59,233 bases of DNA from a virus. Taxonomy: Duplodnaviria > Caudoviricetes. This document shows positions 26,697 through 38,500 of this stretch, in pieces. The position numbers and the translations under genes are program-made. The DNA is taken from the IMG/VR virus record IMGVR_UViG_3300021197_001657, positions 1 to 59,233 of that record; one strand, 5' to 3'. The notes under the pieces are model-generated. The model worked only from the letters and a program-made list of their open reading frames with translations, was not told the origin of the DNA and made no database searches. Position 1 is the stretch's first letter, and the number at the start of each line of letters is the position of its first letter.

Positions 26697-27099
26697 CTGG
26701 CGGGGGTGGACCTACGTTACTAAGGAGACGAGAAAATTTCGGGATGCAGTTAAACGACTGTTTCCCGAACCTGGATTGCTGTTTGAAGATGAAGACAAAA
26801 TACGGGTCACAATTCTACTTCACCCTCCAACACGGAGAAAACTGGACGTTGATAACAGAATCAAGCCAGTTCTCGATGCCCTTCAGGGATTTGTGTACAG
26901 TGACGACTTTCAAGTCGATGATGTTAGAGGAGTACGAAGAGGAAAGGATTCCAATAAACAAGGATATGCCAACGTAATTATCACAAAGATTGGGGGTAAA
27001 GAATGCAAGGTTCAGAAGCGGTCTACACGTACAAAGACGCGAATGGCAGGAACCTCTACAAAGTCGTCCGGTTCCCAGGAAAAGAGTTCAGGAGACTAA
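26644..27099 (+). CDS. rusA: RusA-like Holliday junction resolvase
   Basis: LPWPPSLN..DVDNRIKPVLDAL..DDFQV. Confidence 0.85.
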   Translation: MRIKLPWPPSLNSQWRSDWRGWTYVTKETRKFRDAVKRLFPEPGLLFEDEDKIRVTILLHPPTRRKLDVDNRIKPVLDALQGFVYSDDFQVDDVRGVRRGKDSNKQGYANVIITKIGGKECKVQKRSTRTKTRMAGTSTKSSGSQEKSSGD

Positions 27100-29348
27100 G
27101 GACGGGACCAAGTGGAGAAGAGGTATGGAACTGGGATGGTGTGCAACAGGTTCCGTACAGATTAGATTTAGTCCACGACAAACCAGCCGTCATATTTGTC
27201 GAGGGAGAGAAGGATGTTGACAACCTGATCGAGAAGGTCGGGTTACCAGCCACATGTATTGCTGGCGGAGCAAAGGCCTTGAAACCACTGCTCAAGAAGC
27301 AACCTGATTTTATCCAGAAATATTTTGCAGGGTTCAAGAAGGTCTGGGTTGTCCCGGACAATGATGAACCTGGAGACTCCTTTGCCAGGGAGATGGCTGA
27401 GAAGCTGCATCCTGTCACACAGGTTAAGCTACTGACCGAGACGTTGTATCGGACCATGCTTGAGGATGATGCGAAGACTGGTGCAGACATGTCAGATATT
27501 ATCGACAGGAGACTCAAGCTGGGTATACAAAAGAGCAACCTGTCTGCTGAGATATTTCAGGGTCTTGAAGAATTTTCAATCGACTACGAGCCCGAAGAGA
27601 AGGATGAGTTTTGGAGCGAACTGGTCCAGGCAAAGGTTGACTTCCCAAAACCTCGTGAGATTAGCGAGGACCTCAGAGATACATTCAATGGAATACTGAG
27701 TGGACTGAAGTCCATGAATAAAAGCGGTGATGAATACAATGCGGTGTGTCCTGCTCATGATGATCGCAAGTCTTCACTGAGTCTGGCGATGGGTTCTGGA
27801 AAGATTCTTCTCACATGTCATGCTGGGTGTAGTTTAGAGTCTATATGCTCTAGTTTTTCTCCACCACTCAAGGTTCATCAACTTTTTCAGAAGAGTTCTG
27901 ATGCCTTGAAACAGAAGCAGAAGGAGACAATTCCAGGGCCAAGGCCAGGGGAGTTAGAACAATTGTGCAAAAGCATTCTAAAGGCCGAGGAGCCGGAAGA
28001 GTTTAACGATGCTCATCTTCCACCGATTCTCCGTGAGTATATTTCTGATACGAGCAAGCTCACCGAGGCCAGTGGTATTATTATAGGGTCCACAGCACTT
28101 TCCGCCTTGGGTGCACAGGCTGGATTGAACCTGACCGTTACCACTCCAACGTATTTTGTTCCGTTGTACGGGAATCTCTGGTGTCTGTCGATCTCAGAGT
28201 CGGGTAGCTACAAGACCACGGCTCTAAATGTTGGGGCTCAGAGGCTGAGGGAAAGAGAAGGTAATCTTCTCTCCCAGATTTCTGACAACAGGGCAGAGCT
28301 AAGGATTATGGGAGAGGGTGATGCCTATGGTGAGGATGATCCTGAGATGGTGGACATGCGTGAGTTGATTTATAGACTGGAGTCACAGCGTAGAATCATG
28401 CCTGGGAAGGCTAGTTGGGAAGCCTGTATAGACAGACTTGAGGCGACAGGTGGTGGGGTCTGGCTGCTTTCAGAGTTTGGTGCGTGGTTGGCTGGCCTTG
28501 AGACCAGTCACAACAAGGGGTTCCGTCAGCATATCACCGAGCTATATGATGTACCTGAATATTTTGAGGATGTTACTCGTGGCAAGGGGTCTAAGGTTAT
28601 ATACCGACCATTCGTTGCCATATCTGGGGTGTCCACCGTGGAGTTTTTGCAGGGGATGATCGGCAAAGACGATGCTGGATCAGGTTTTCTTGCCAGATTT
28701 TTATTGTTTCGGCCACCACCGAAGGATGTGATTCCACCTGCACTACCGAAGGTGCAGACGAGGGTTCAGGATCTAAATTCCTACTACCTTCTCAGTGAAA
28801 TATACAACCAACTGGAAGAGATGACAGTGCCGTTGGAGTACGAGTTCTCACCCGAAGGAGAACGTGCATTCACCCACTATCACGACTCTTTATTCAAGCG
28901 GTTGCAGTCTGAAACGATCAAGGAACAGAAGGTACTGGACCCATTCGTTAAACGGTGGAGCCCAGGTGTAATTAAGATTGGTTTGTTGTCACAATTTTTG
29001 ATAGATTCAAATACTTCCTCGCTCAGTGAGGCGGCTATTATGTCTGGTGTCAGCATGTGTCTGTATGCTGAGCAGTGCACTCGCTTTCTCTTCAATCGTG
29101 AGCTTGGCGAGTCGGATCATCAAACAAAACAACGTAGGGTCGTCGAGTATATTGCCAATCGCAAGGGCAAGATACCACGGCAGAGTCTACTCGTAAGCAG
29201 GGTCCTTGATGGGGGTGTCAAGGAGTATAATTATATTCTGGAGAGCCTTGAAGAAGCTGGGGTCCTGTTGGTAACGAAGACTGACGGACGAGTGACTAAG
29301 GGTTCCGAACTAATTCTAACATCTACGTTAGCTCAAGATTCAAAGTAA
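27003..29348 (+). CDS. Primase-helicase (Toprim, Zn finger, DUF3987)
   Basis: FVEGEKD and PDNDEPG Toprim; CPAHDD..CHAGC; SGSYKTT P-loop; SGFLARFL. Confidence 0.8.
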   Translation: MQGSEAVYTYKDANGRNLYKVVRFPGKEFRRLRTGPSGEEVWNWDGVQQVPYRLDLVHDKPAVIFVEGEKDVDNLIEKVGLPATCIAGGAKALKPLLKKQPDFIQKYFAGFKKVWVVPDNDEPGDSFAREMAEKLHPVTQVKLLTETLYRTMLEDDAKTGADMSDIIDRRLKLGIQKSNLSAEIFQGLEEFSIDYEPEEKDEFWSELVQAKVDFPKPREISEDLRDTFNGILSGLKSMNKSGDEYNAVCPAHDDRKSSLSLAMGSGKILLTCHAGCSLESICSSFSPPLKVHQLFQKSSDALKQKQKETIPGPRPGELEQLCKSILKAEEPEEFNDAHLPPILREYISDTSKLTEASGIIIGSTALSALGAQAGLNLTVTTPTYFVPLYGNLWCLSISESGSYKTTALNVGAQRLREREGNLLSQISDNRAELRIMGEGDAYGEDDPEMVDMRELIYRLESQRRIMPGKASWEACIDRLEATGGGVWLLSEFGAWLAGLETSHNKGFRQHITELYDVPEYFEDVTRGKGSKVIYRPFVAISGVSTVEFLQGMIGKDDAGSGFLARFLLFRPPPKDVIPPALPKVQTRVQDLNSYYLLSEIYNQLEEMTVPLEYEFSPEGERAFTHYHDSLFKRLQSETIKEQKVLDPFVKRWSPGVIKIGLLSQFLIDSNTSSLSEAAIMSGVSMCLYAEQCTRFLFNRELGESDHQTKQRRVVEYIANRKGKIPRQSLLVSRVLDGGVKEYNYILESLEEAGVLLVTKTDGRVTKGSELILTSTLAQDSK

Positions 29349-29355
29349 GGAAGAT

Positions 29356-31254
29356 ATGAACGAAGAAACAGTGAAACTACCGACTACCTATCAAAGTTTT
29401 ATTCATCTGTCCCGGTACAGCAGATGGAAGTATGATGAGAACAGGAGAGAAACCTGGGAAGAAACGGTTGACAGGTACTTTAATTTTTTCGAGGAGAAGC
29501 TGGATCGTGAGATAGACCCCTTGCTGAGGAAAGCTGTGCTGTATCTGGATGTTATGCCGAGCATGAGGTGCCTCATGACTGCTGGTCCTGCACTAAAGAA
29601 GGAAAATGTTGCCGCATATAACTGTAGCTATGTTCACGTTGACAGGGCTACATCCTTTGACGAGATCCTCTACGTTCTCATGAATGGAACTGGTGTTGGC
29701 TTTAGTGTAGAGGAAAAACACACGAGTAGTCTCCCTGTTGTCCCCAATAAATTATATCCATCAGATAGTATAATAAAAGTCAAGGACTCAAAGCTGGGAT
29801 GGGCCAAGGCCTTCAGGGAACTGATTGCTCTACTTTACTCTGGGTTGTCTCCACAATGGGACCTGTCTCTAATCAGACCTGCCGGGTCCATATTAAAAAC
29901 CTTTGGTGGCAGGGCTAGTGGCCCAAAGCCTCTTGAACAATTGTTCAGGTTTACAACGGTGGTCTTTGAAAAGGCTAGGGGTCGAAAGCTAACCCCTCTT
30001 GAGTGCCATGATCTTGTCTGTAAAACCGCAGAGGTTGTGGTCGTGGGTGGAGTGAGGCGGTCAGCGTTGATAAGCCTGAGTGATCTTGGTGACGATCAAA
30101 TGCGTAGGGCCAAGTCTGGTCAGTGGTGGAACGAGCATGTGCATAGGGCACTCGCAAACAACAGTGCAAACTACCACGAGACTCCCGACACAGGGACATT
30201 CATGAAGGAGTGGTTGTCGCTCTATGAATCCAAGTCTGGAGAGCGTGGTATTTTCTCATCCAGGGTGGCAAAGGAACACGTTGACAGAAACCTGGAAGGT
30301 AGAAGGGTTTCTGTAGGAGACTACGGGACCAACCCGTGTAGTGAAATTATTCTTAAATCGCGTGAGTTCTGCAATCTTTCCGAGGTTGTCATCAGACCGA
30401 ATGATAACATTGAAAGTATTAACGAGAAGGTTAAGTTTGCTACGATGCTAGGCACCATGCAGTCCACCCTCACAGACTTCAGGTATATTTCTGATGAATG
30501 GAAACAGAACTGCGAGGATGAGAGACTACTGGGGGTGAGTCTGACTGGGATCTGCGATAATGAATTTACATCAACGCTCACTCCTGAGCTAGAGGATGCG
30601 ATGCTTAAATGGAAAGAAACCTCGGTCCAAACAAACAAGGAGTTTGCAGATCAACTCAACATTAAACCTAGTGCTGCAATTACTTGCATTAAACCCAGTG
30701 GGACCGTGAGTCAACTGGTTGACAGTGCATCGGGCATCCATCCGAGGCACAGCCACTACTATATTAGGACTGTACGCATGGATAACAACGACTCAATGTG
30801 TAAGTTCATGCAGGACATGGGGTTCCCTAATGAACCGGATGTAACTAAGCCGGATCACACTTCCGTGTTTTCATTTCCAATGACCTCTTCGCTTACTGCC
30901 AAGATGAGAGACGACCTGTCCGCCATAGAGATGATGGAGCTCTGTCTTTCCTATCAGAGGTTTTGGTGTGAACACAAGGCGAGCATTACGGTCACGGTGA
31001 AGGAAGAGGAGTGGATGGAAGTTGGATCATGGGTTTATGACAACTTCAACCTCATGTCTGGTATGTCCTTTCTTCCACATAGCGACCACGGATATGCCCA
31101 GGCACCGTATCAGGAGTGTGATGGTGAGGCACACGACAAACTATTAAAGAAAATGCCAAGCGTGGACTGGTCTGAGTTAGCCAATTACGAGGCAGAGGAC
31201 TACACTACTGCGAGTCAGGAGTTGGCCTGTGTCGGAAATTCATGTGAAATATAA
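29356..31254 (+). CDS. nrdJ: Class II (adenosylcobalamin-dependent, monomeric-type) ribonucleotide reductase
   Basis: VVGGVRRSA, TNPCSEI, CNLSE, TCIKPSGTVS; C-terminal ACVGNSCEI; no beta-subunit gene. Confidence 0.9.
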   Translation: MNEETVKLPTTYQSFIHLSRYSRWKYDENRRETWEETVDRYFNFFEEKLDREIDPLLRKAVLYLDVMPSMRCLMTAGPALKKENVAAYNCSYVHVDRATSFDEILYVLMNGTGVGFSVEEKHTSSLPVVPNKLYPSDSIIKVKDSKLGWAKAFRELIALLYSGLSPQWDLSLIRPAGSILKTFGGRASGPKPLEQLFRFTTVVFEKARGRKLTPLECHDLVCKTAEVVVVGGVRRSALISLSDLGDDQMRRAKSGQWWNEHVHRALANNSANYHETPDTGTFMKEWLSLYESKSGERGIFSSRVAKEHVDRNLEGRRVSVGDYGTNPCSEIILKSREFCNLSEVVIRPNDNIESINEKVKFATMLGTMQSTLTDFRYISDEWKQNCEDERLLGVSLTGICDNEFTSTLTPELEDAMLKWKETSVQTNKEFADQLNIKPSAAITCIKPSGTVSQLVDSASGIHPRHSHYYIRTVRMDNNDSMCKFMQDMGFPNEPDVTKPDHTSVFSFPMTSSLTAKMRDDLSAIEMMELCLSYQRFWCEHKASITVTVKEEEWMEVGSWVYDNFNLMSGMSFLPHSDHGYAQAPYQECDGEAHDKLLKKMPSVDWSELANYEAEDYTTASQELACVGNSCEI

Positions 31255-31260
31255 AATATT

Positions 31261-31701
31261 ATGACAACACTATCTAACCCTATAATCCAGGCCCTCGGTG
31301 GTCTGGTTATCTTTTATATTGGCTTGAAACTTTTCTCAGGCGGGATGAAGGCCATGGGAAAACTGGAGCACCTTGAGGCGTTTATATCTAACCCTTACTG
31401 GATGTTTTTAGGCGGGATTGTGTGCACACTGGCATGGCAATCCAGTAGTCTGTCAACGACAGCCATCATTGGGCTTGTGGCTTCCGGGGCTCTTCCCCTG
31501 CCATCCGCAATTGGTGCGGTTCTAGGAGCCAACCTGGGAACGACTGGTACAATTTGGCTTGCAGGGCTTATGGTTAGCGAGGGGTTTCCACAGGGTATTA
31601 CAAGGCAGATAGCACTGGTTCATACTGGTGTAAACGCACTCATGGCTGTTGCCTTGTTACCATTCGTACATTCAATAGCCAGGTTTGTTTCAAAGTTCTA
31701 A
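31261..31701 (+). CDS. Single-repeat Na+/Pi cotransporter family protein
   Basis: WQSSSLST and LGANLGTT signature motifs; hydrophobic; 146 aa. Confidence 0.8.
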   Translation: MTTLSNPIIQALGGLVIFYIGLKLFSGGMKAMGKLEHLEAFISNPYWMFLGGIVCTLAWQSSSLSTTAIIGLVASGALPLPSAIGAVLGANLGTTGTIWLAGLMVSEGFPQGITRQIALVHTGVNALMAVALLPFVHSIARFVSKF

Positions 31702-31832
31702 TGTTCGAACCATTAATTTCTACATTGATATTGATTTCATTCCCGATTGCCACGGCCTATCTGTCGGAGTATACTTTTATACTTATAGATAAAATTTTAG
31801 AGCTATTAAATAAGAGGGATACTAATGTTTGA
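31701..31832 (+). CDS. Small membrane peptide (43 aa)
   Basis: TAATG overlap; MFEPLISTLILISFPIATAYL... Confidence 0.4.
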   Translation: MFEPLISTLILISFPIATAYLSEYTFILIDKILELLNKRDTNV

Positions 31833-31959
31833 TTGGAAAACGATACTGATGCTCTCCTTTGTGGTGCTGGGACTCGTTGTAGTTTTGGCCCACAGGGAGA
31901 TGACGAAGCCTGTTAAGGCTCCGAGGGTGGAGTACAAGTTTATGAATCTTAACTTTTGA
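31825..31959 (+). CDS. Small membrane peptide (44 aa)
   Basis: GAGGG RBS; MFDWKTILMLSFVVLGLVVVLA... Confidence 0.45.
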   Translation: MFDWKTILMLSFVVLGLVVVLAHREMTKPVKAPRVEYKFMNLNF

Positions 31960-31961
31960 TC

Positions 31962-32543
31962 TTATGGCACCACTTTTTTAAACATTAAAGTGAAAAACCC
32001 CTTGCCGTAATCATCGTGCATAACAGAATCCCTTGGATTCATATCTGTTGGATATATTTCTGACCCCTGGTTTAACTTTGGCGGGTCTATTAATTCAGAT
32101 GATGCCCCTATTATGCCTCCACCTAGTTTTCCAACTTTAGATAATTTTTTAAGGAACCCTTCCTTGTCTGAAGCTATGTTCTTGTATACCCCATCTTCAA
32201 CAAAGCCACTAACATATTTAGGTGATAATCTTTGAGTATAACCACCCTTCGCCTTGCCACCACCTCGTATTTTTTCAGGATTATCCCAGTCCTCAACAAG
32301 TTCTTGTATCTTTTTACCTGATGGAACCTTAAATACAACTCCACTTTTCTGGGAGTACGGACTTAAAGGGGGAACTTTTTGACCAAACTTGTGTTTCAAA
32401 GAAGGGTCATGTGGTAATTTAGCGGTTGTAGGCCTTCCTTTAGCCACACCCAAACCTTTTTGTGCTATCTTTTTTCGGGCTTCAGTCTCAGTCATCCCGT
32501 AGAAGGGGGCCCTAGCAGTTCCGTGATAATAAAAGTCAGACAT
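31962..32543 (-). CDS. Putative ADP-ribosyltransferase-fold protein
   Basis: N-terminal YYHGT followed by KIAQKGL; coupled to the giant polyvalent gene. Confidence 0.4.
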   Translation of the reverse strand: MSDFYYHGTARAPFYGMTETEARKKIAQKGLGVAKGRPTTAKLPHDPSLKHKFGQKVPPLSPYSQKSGVVFKVPSGKKIQELVEDWDNPEKIRGGGKAKGGYTQRLSPKYVSGFVEDGVYKNIASDKEGFLKKLSKVGKLGGGIIGASSELIDPPKLNQGSEIYPTDMNPRDSVMHDDYGKGFFTLMFKKVVP

Positions 32544-35500
32544 TATTCAGACTTTTTCTTCAACTTATTCGTTGGAAACTTAGACCTTTTAATGTAGTCC
32601 ATGAGTTTATTTTTACGAGACTCGATCAGTTCCTTAAAATATTTGTTCTTCTCTTTTATTTCTTCTGCTGGTTTTCCCATGCGAGTCATGTCTCTGAGTG
32701 TCCTCTTAGCATAACCCATGGTCTTTAATATCTCTGACTGCATATACCTAGCATTCCTTCCACGTTGAGATTCTGGTTCCACTGGTGAGATATTGAAGCC
32801 AATTGTCTGAAGAACCCCCTGTGTAATACTCTTCATTGGCTCACCATATCTATTGGTTTCGCCACGCATAGTTTGTTTCAACCTATTGAGAGCCCCAAAA
32901 TCACTATGAAGAAAAGGAGGCATCATCAAATTAGAGATGTACTTTATCCAGGAAACCGCTCTTTGAGTTGGTGAGTCCAAAGGATTTGCTACTGGTCGTC
33001 GAGTAAACCCGTCAGTACCTGTAGATACTGCTGCAATAATTGATGCCGTTGGCCCTCCAAGTAGGCCTAGAGTCTGGATAATAGCCAATGGATCATCCGA
33101 CATTGACTCCGATGCAATCTCAGTAAACATCCCCCATGGGTAGAGGTATGCGAGATCGAGGAATTGGGGCCTCCCAAACTCATCAAGGTAGGGTAGTGGC
33201 ATAATGTTCCCAGCATACTTCTTTTCCCTCATGTACTCTTGAAGAGACTCAATCAATGCATCGTATTCTTCTTCCTCAAGGTCGTGAGTATCCTTAAACA
33301 TCTCAGCCATAGCGTATGGCAATGCGATGTATGGGGCAAACCTCCAGGGTTTGGTTAATGCAGTTTCAACAAGCAAGGGAAAAACCTTGCTGGTGTAGGT
33401 GATAAAGGGTGCTCCCACAACTGCGGTTCTAAGAGTCTTAACTGATGGTTTAACCAATGAATAATCAAACAGCCACTTCTCAGCCTCATCTGCGGCAGTA
33501 GCAGGGTCCATGCCCTTGTCTATGTTGTTCATGTAGAGCATGGTCTTACCCAGAGCATCAACCATACCGTACTTATCACTGGTCCACTCTTGTGCCGTGT
33601 TAAGAAATTCTTTTGCAATCCAGAATGCTTTGAACGGAGACCCTTTTCTTTGTGTTCTGTTTAGAAAATTCTCATACTCTTTCTCGATCCTTCCAAGTTC
33701 GACAGCCGCAAATGTTGATCCAGTCAATCCAAAGTCCTTTACCTCGTCATACATTGTCTTCTGTTTGGTGTAGTCCCTGCCTAATGCTTTGGCTTCAGCC
33801 TCTTTCTTTGCTTCTTTCCATGTCTTAATCATCTCCATGCTTGCCTTGTTCAGGTAGTATGGAATTTTAGCCATGTTCATTCCACCTATATTCATGAACA
33901 CGAGATTTGAAGAAAAGTTACGGACCCATGCTGCTGGAAAGTTTGCGGTTACCTTGGACCACTTAAAGAGTCTGTTAGCCTTACCCAGTGCCCCAGTGTC
34001 ACCGATGATTGCTTCAGCCACGTTATCAGGCTTTGTCATTCTCATCGAGCCCACCAGATCATCGTAAATCTCACGTTGCACTATCATCCCACGGAGTTTC
34101 CCGTAACGAGCGTTGTCGGGTATCTTCCTGTAGTCATTAGGCATTACTATCCTATCTAAAGCATCATCGGCAACACGGTTCATTTCTGTCGATAGGTCAG
34201 CCACAACCTTTGCTTCATCTTTATTGGTCTCTTTGAGAACTGGGTATATCGTCTTGAAGATACGATCAGCCTCTGCCTTTAATCCAAATGCAGACATCTT
34301 CCTCGGCTTGATTAACTTCAGCCTGTCTTTCATCGACATTCTCTCTCTGATTAGATCAGAAAGTTCCTTTGACTGTATCCGATCCTTGGCACGAAGTACC
34401 TCTCTCTCCTTTTTAATATCCTGATTTAGTTCTTGAATATAGTTTTCAATGTCTTCTCGTTCTTCCGACAAGCCAGTGAGGTCTTTCTTTAATTCAGATG
34501 CAATGTTACTGTTGGCTCCAGTTAATTTATTAATTTCAGCAATGAAATCAAAATCAACAATAGATTCTGGAAGAACCCAGTTGAAATTATTCTCAGCACT
34601 GGTGTTAACTATTTCCTCAAACATATCCAACAGGGCCATGTCTCTCCCTGGTTGGAGTATAGCTTTACTAGCAAGGAATGCAGGGTCCTCAACTTTACCT
34701 TTTAAGAACTTCTGCAATCCTTTGTCTATGTCAGACCTTCTCTTCAAGTAGTCCATGTTTGATACCTTGTTCGACTGACCACGCTGGATAGCGTATCTGT
34801 CGTTATCGTCAAGTAAATACTGAAGATATAAAGTAGGTAGATACCCGCCATCGTGTTTTTTAAGGGCCGACTCAGGGAGTAATCCTTTCTTAACCAGATC
34901 CTCTCCAGACTGCCTGATGACTGCCTTTACTTCTTTTGCAGCCATTCTTTCTTTCATATCTGGGATAGTAGATAGGTCACCTCCTTTCGTTAGGTAATCA
35001 TAGATTTCTTTTGGGTTCTTTGATTTATACAATGCCTTGTATAGACGACTACCGACTTCTTCTATGCGAAGAATAGTTCCACGGGTCCTTCTCCGTATAT
35101 TACGAAGCAACTCTGGTTTTTCAATCTTGCCAAAGGGCTCCATGAATCGGGTAACAAACCCACTGAGCTTACGACCACCGGGCAATTCTTTGTCTTGATC
35201 AAGTGGTCTGGTGAATATTGACTGGCTGGTTGCCCAATCAGCCTGTCGTAGTTGTGCGTTGTTGAAGTCAGCCTGAAGTCTTGGGTCGGTGGTCAGTGTG
35301 TTGACCGCCATACTGAATGAGACTGGTGTAGCTGGGGCATCCATGTTCTTTTCCAGCTTCTTGATCTCAGCACCAGGGATCTTGAATGGGAGCTTGGCTT
35401 TGCCGAACATGTATTTAGCTCCAGCAGATATGTCAAGAGATCCTGGTTTGTATTGGAACTTCTTGATTATTCTCTTCTCGTAGTCTTTGAATAGCTGTCT

Positions 35501-38500
35501 AAATTGTTTGTTATCAAATGGGACACCACCCTGCTGACCAATCCAAGATCCTATGACTTCCCCCTTGAATACAAACTCGTATGCTTCGTGTGGTGGGATG
35601 CCTAAATCCTTTGCCCTTTGACTCATCTTTTGGTTGCCCATCGGGTCCAGTTTAATAATTCCAACTGGAGTCCCTACGGCAACCTCTTTAAATGCTGTGG
35701 TGTCTTCCCAGAGAGTGTTGTTAGGGAATGCGACAATAGGTGTCGTGGGTTTTTTGATACCAAAAGCACCACCCAATGCTACGACTATGGGTTTCCTATC
35801 GCCAAAAGTAAGCGTTGGTCCTACCATTTTTAATAATTCCCATGAGTCCTTGCCAGGATTTTGAGACTGTGCTTCTTTTAGAGCCTTGACAACTGGGAGT
35901 AAATTTTTGTTGGTAGGGTTAAGCATTATAGAGTCGATCCTATTTATCAGAGCCTGTTTCTTTTTAGGATCTTTACTAACCATGTCTTGCGTTTCTCTCC
36001 AGAAGATAGAGAAGTACGCTTTATTACTGAAGTGCATGTCTGGTGCCCCAACAACCGTTATAACATGGTCAGCACCCATGGCCTGTAAATCTCTTACATT
36101 CTTAACAATACTTATGTCGTCAGCCGCCCAAGCTGCACGGGCTTTCCTGTTGTCCTCTAGTAACGGGTAGCCCATACCACCACGCATCCAGTACCCTTTC
36201 TTTCCCTGGTAGGTGTCAGGCCAGATGTTACTTGTCTGGTCTTTGGCTACATAAAATCCTGTGGCAAACCTGTCAGACTGGCTTCGCTGAACGAGCTTAC
36301 CTTTCATCGACGCGAGGCTGACGGACTCTGATATATCCTCAAGTAATTCTACATCACCCTCTGATATTTCAGCGACTGCATCTGGTTGGTTGTGTCCAGG
36401 TTCCCAGTCAACCATGGTCGCTTCAATCGGGTCGTTCCTGAAGTAGGCCAAGACCTGTTGGTTGGCATCCCTCCACATGGCCTCGTAAGCGGCTGGTCGG
36501 AATCTTTCTGTTGACTCACCCATGACTGCATCGGCTCGTGTCAGTGCCTTGCCTACATCCCAGAGCCAGTGGTGCATGACATGGTAAAAGTAGTCTGGAG
36601 GCACATCTTCAAAGATGGAGGGGTCACGAGCATCAACGTCTCTTTTTATATTATCAAAAGCATCTTGTATGACCTTCCTGTAGTGACCAAAAAATGTTTT
36701 ATCGTCAGCCTTTCCTTTCTTACCTAAACCATCAATGCCTGAAATATCCTTACCTTGTAAATTAAGAGACCACCACTTTAAATCAACTCTCCATGTGTTT
36801 GCCACTGGCTTCCCTGTCAGTGGAGATGTGGCCAAGTCAGTGGCAGGACTTCCGGCTATGTGTGTATTGAGCTCAATTGCATCTATCGTTGGAGCATCAC
36901 CCAGACCTAGAAAGTGTTTGAAGAATGCTTGCTTGGCTTCTGCAATTCCATATAATTTCTGAGCATAATCTCCTAGCTCAGCCGCCATTTCTAACCTTAA
37001 TTTTACTGTTTCTTTATCATCACCTTGTAGGCTTTTTGGGTCTGCATCACCTACATACTTCTTAACAATTTCGTTGAACCCCTTTGTGTATTCAGCCAAA
37101 TCACGCAACCCAACCTTAACTAGGTTTCCATCTTTATCTCTTTGAGAGGGCTTGAGTAGTTGGTTTAGTCTGTCGTCACCAAAGGCCATCCTTACATTGG
37201 CTAGTTTTCTCCACTCCTTTAAATCAAACTCCCCCTTCTCTATATTATCAAGGAGCATTTGTCCTTCGTCTGTTGAAAAGTAGTATGCAACAGCATCCTC
37301 CATTCGTGGTTTACCACCAGTGGTTGCGTACTCCTGTGGTACCCATAGAGCCCCTGTTTTTTCATTAGGCTCAATCTGATTTTGTGGGTCTCTGTACCAA
37401 AGTGGCATCTCTGCAAGTTGTTTTTTCTTCCCAGATTTGTCTGCCTCACCTTGAGATTCTTTTATCTTCTTTCTTAAAGAGGCTATCTCTGTTTCTCTCT
37501 TTTTTATGTAGCCTTCTATTTTTGGAATTGTTTTTTCTTTTATCTTTTTCTTTGCAACCTCAATACGAGGTGCTGTGTACTCAGCCTTTAGCTCACCTTT
37601 TTGTGTGTATTCAGGCTTCTTCCCTGCAAACTTATCCTTTAGTTTCTTTTCATTTAGCTTAATATCATTTTGATATTTCTTTATCTGTGTTTTGAGTTCA
37701 GGAATCTTAACTTTCAGAATATTATTTTCATATCTATTATGTGAAAGCTGACTATTGTAGTGACCCATTCCATGATAGTTCTTACCATCTACCTGTAACA
37801 TCCAGTCACTTCCTACCTTAACAAACTGTGGCTTTCCTCCACTGTACTGGAATCTTCCCTCGATTGGTTCCCCTTTAGAATCATAAGCTGGTGTTGTAGA
37901 TGCCTCTTCCCAAGAAACTGTTTTAGGATAAATAACACCATCAGATATAGCTTCGTATTGAGTGTCAAATTTTTCAACGTACTCATTGACCCCTCTTTTT
38001 TTCCTTAACCCTTTACTAGGACCTTGCCCATTCCATGGAACATTAACGACCCAAAGTGGAGCTTTACTATACCATTGAGCAACTTTATTTTCATTAATCT
38101 CACCATTTAATTCCTTCTGACCAATGTTTGCTTCCAGATATTTTGATGTTCCCTTAACCCAGTCTGCACCATTCATGTATTCAACATAGGTTGTCAGGTT
38201 TGCTAACTTTGTCCCCTTCTTCGCTGGTTTTGCTTTCTTAACTCCACCAGTAAAATTCCAGACAGTCCAAGGGTTGTTTGCATCAGCACCTTGACTAGCT
38301 AGTGTCATAACTACCGATTTTGCAATGTCTCTCGGTGTCATTTCTCCCCTCATCAGCTTCTCCCTCTGCATTTTCATGAAGCTGATTATGTGCCCAAGGT
38401 ATGGGACCGCATCTCTACCCCTCCCTCCTGGGTTTAAACCAAACATGTCTCGGATCATCTGCCAGTTTGTCCAGATTTTACCTAAATAAAGAAGTCTTGC

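Noticed and set aside
29356-31254. Intein or intron in RNR (also checked in terL)
   Set aside because: Both ORFs are continuous, of normal length and lack intein splice motifs
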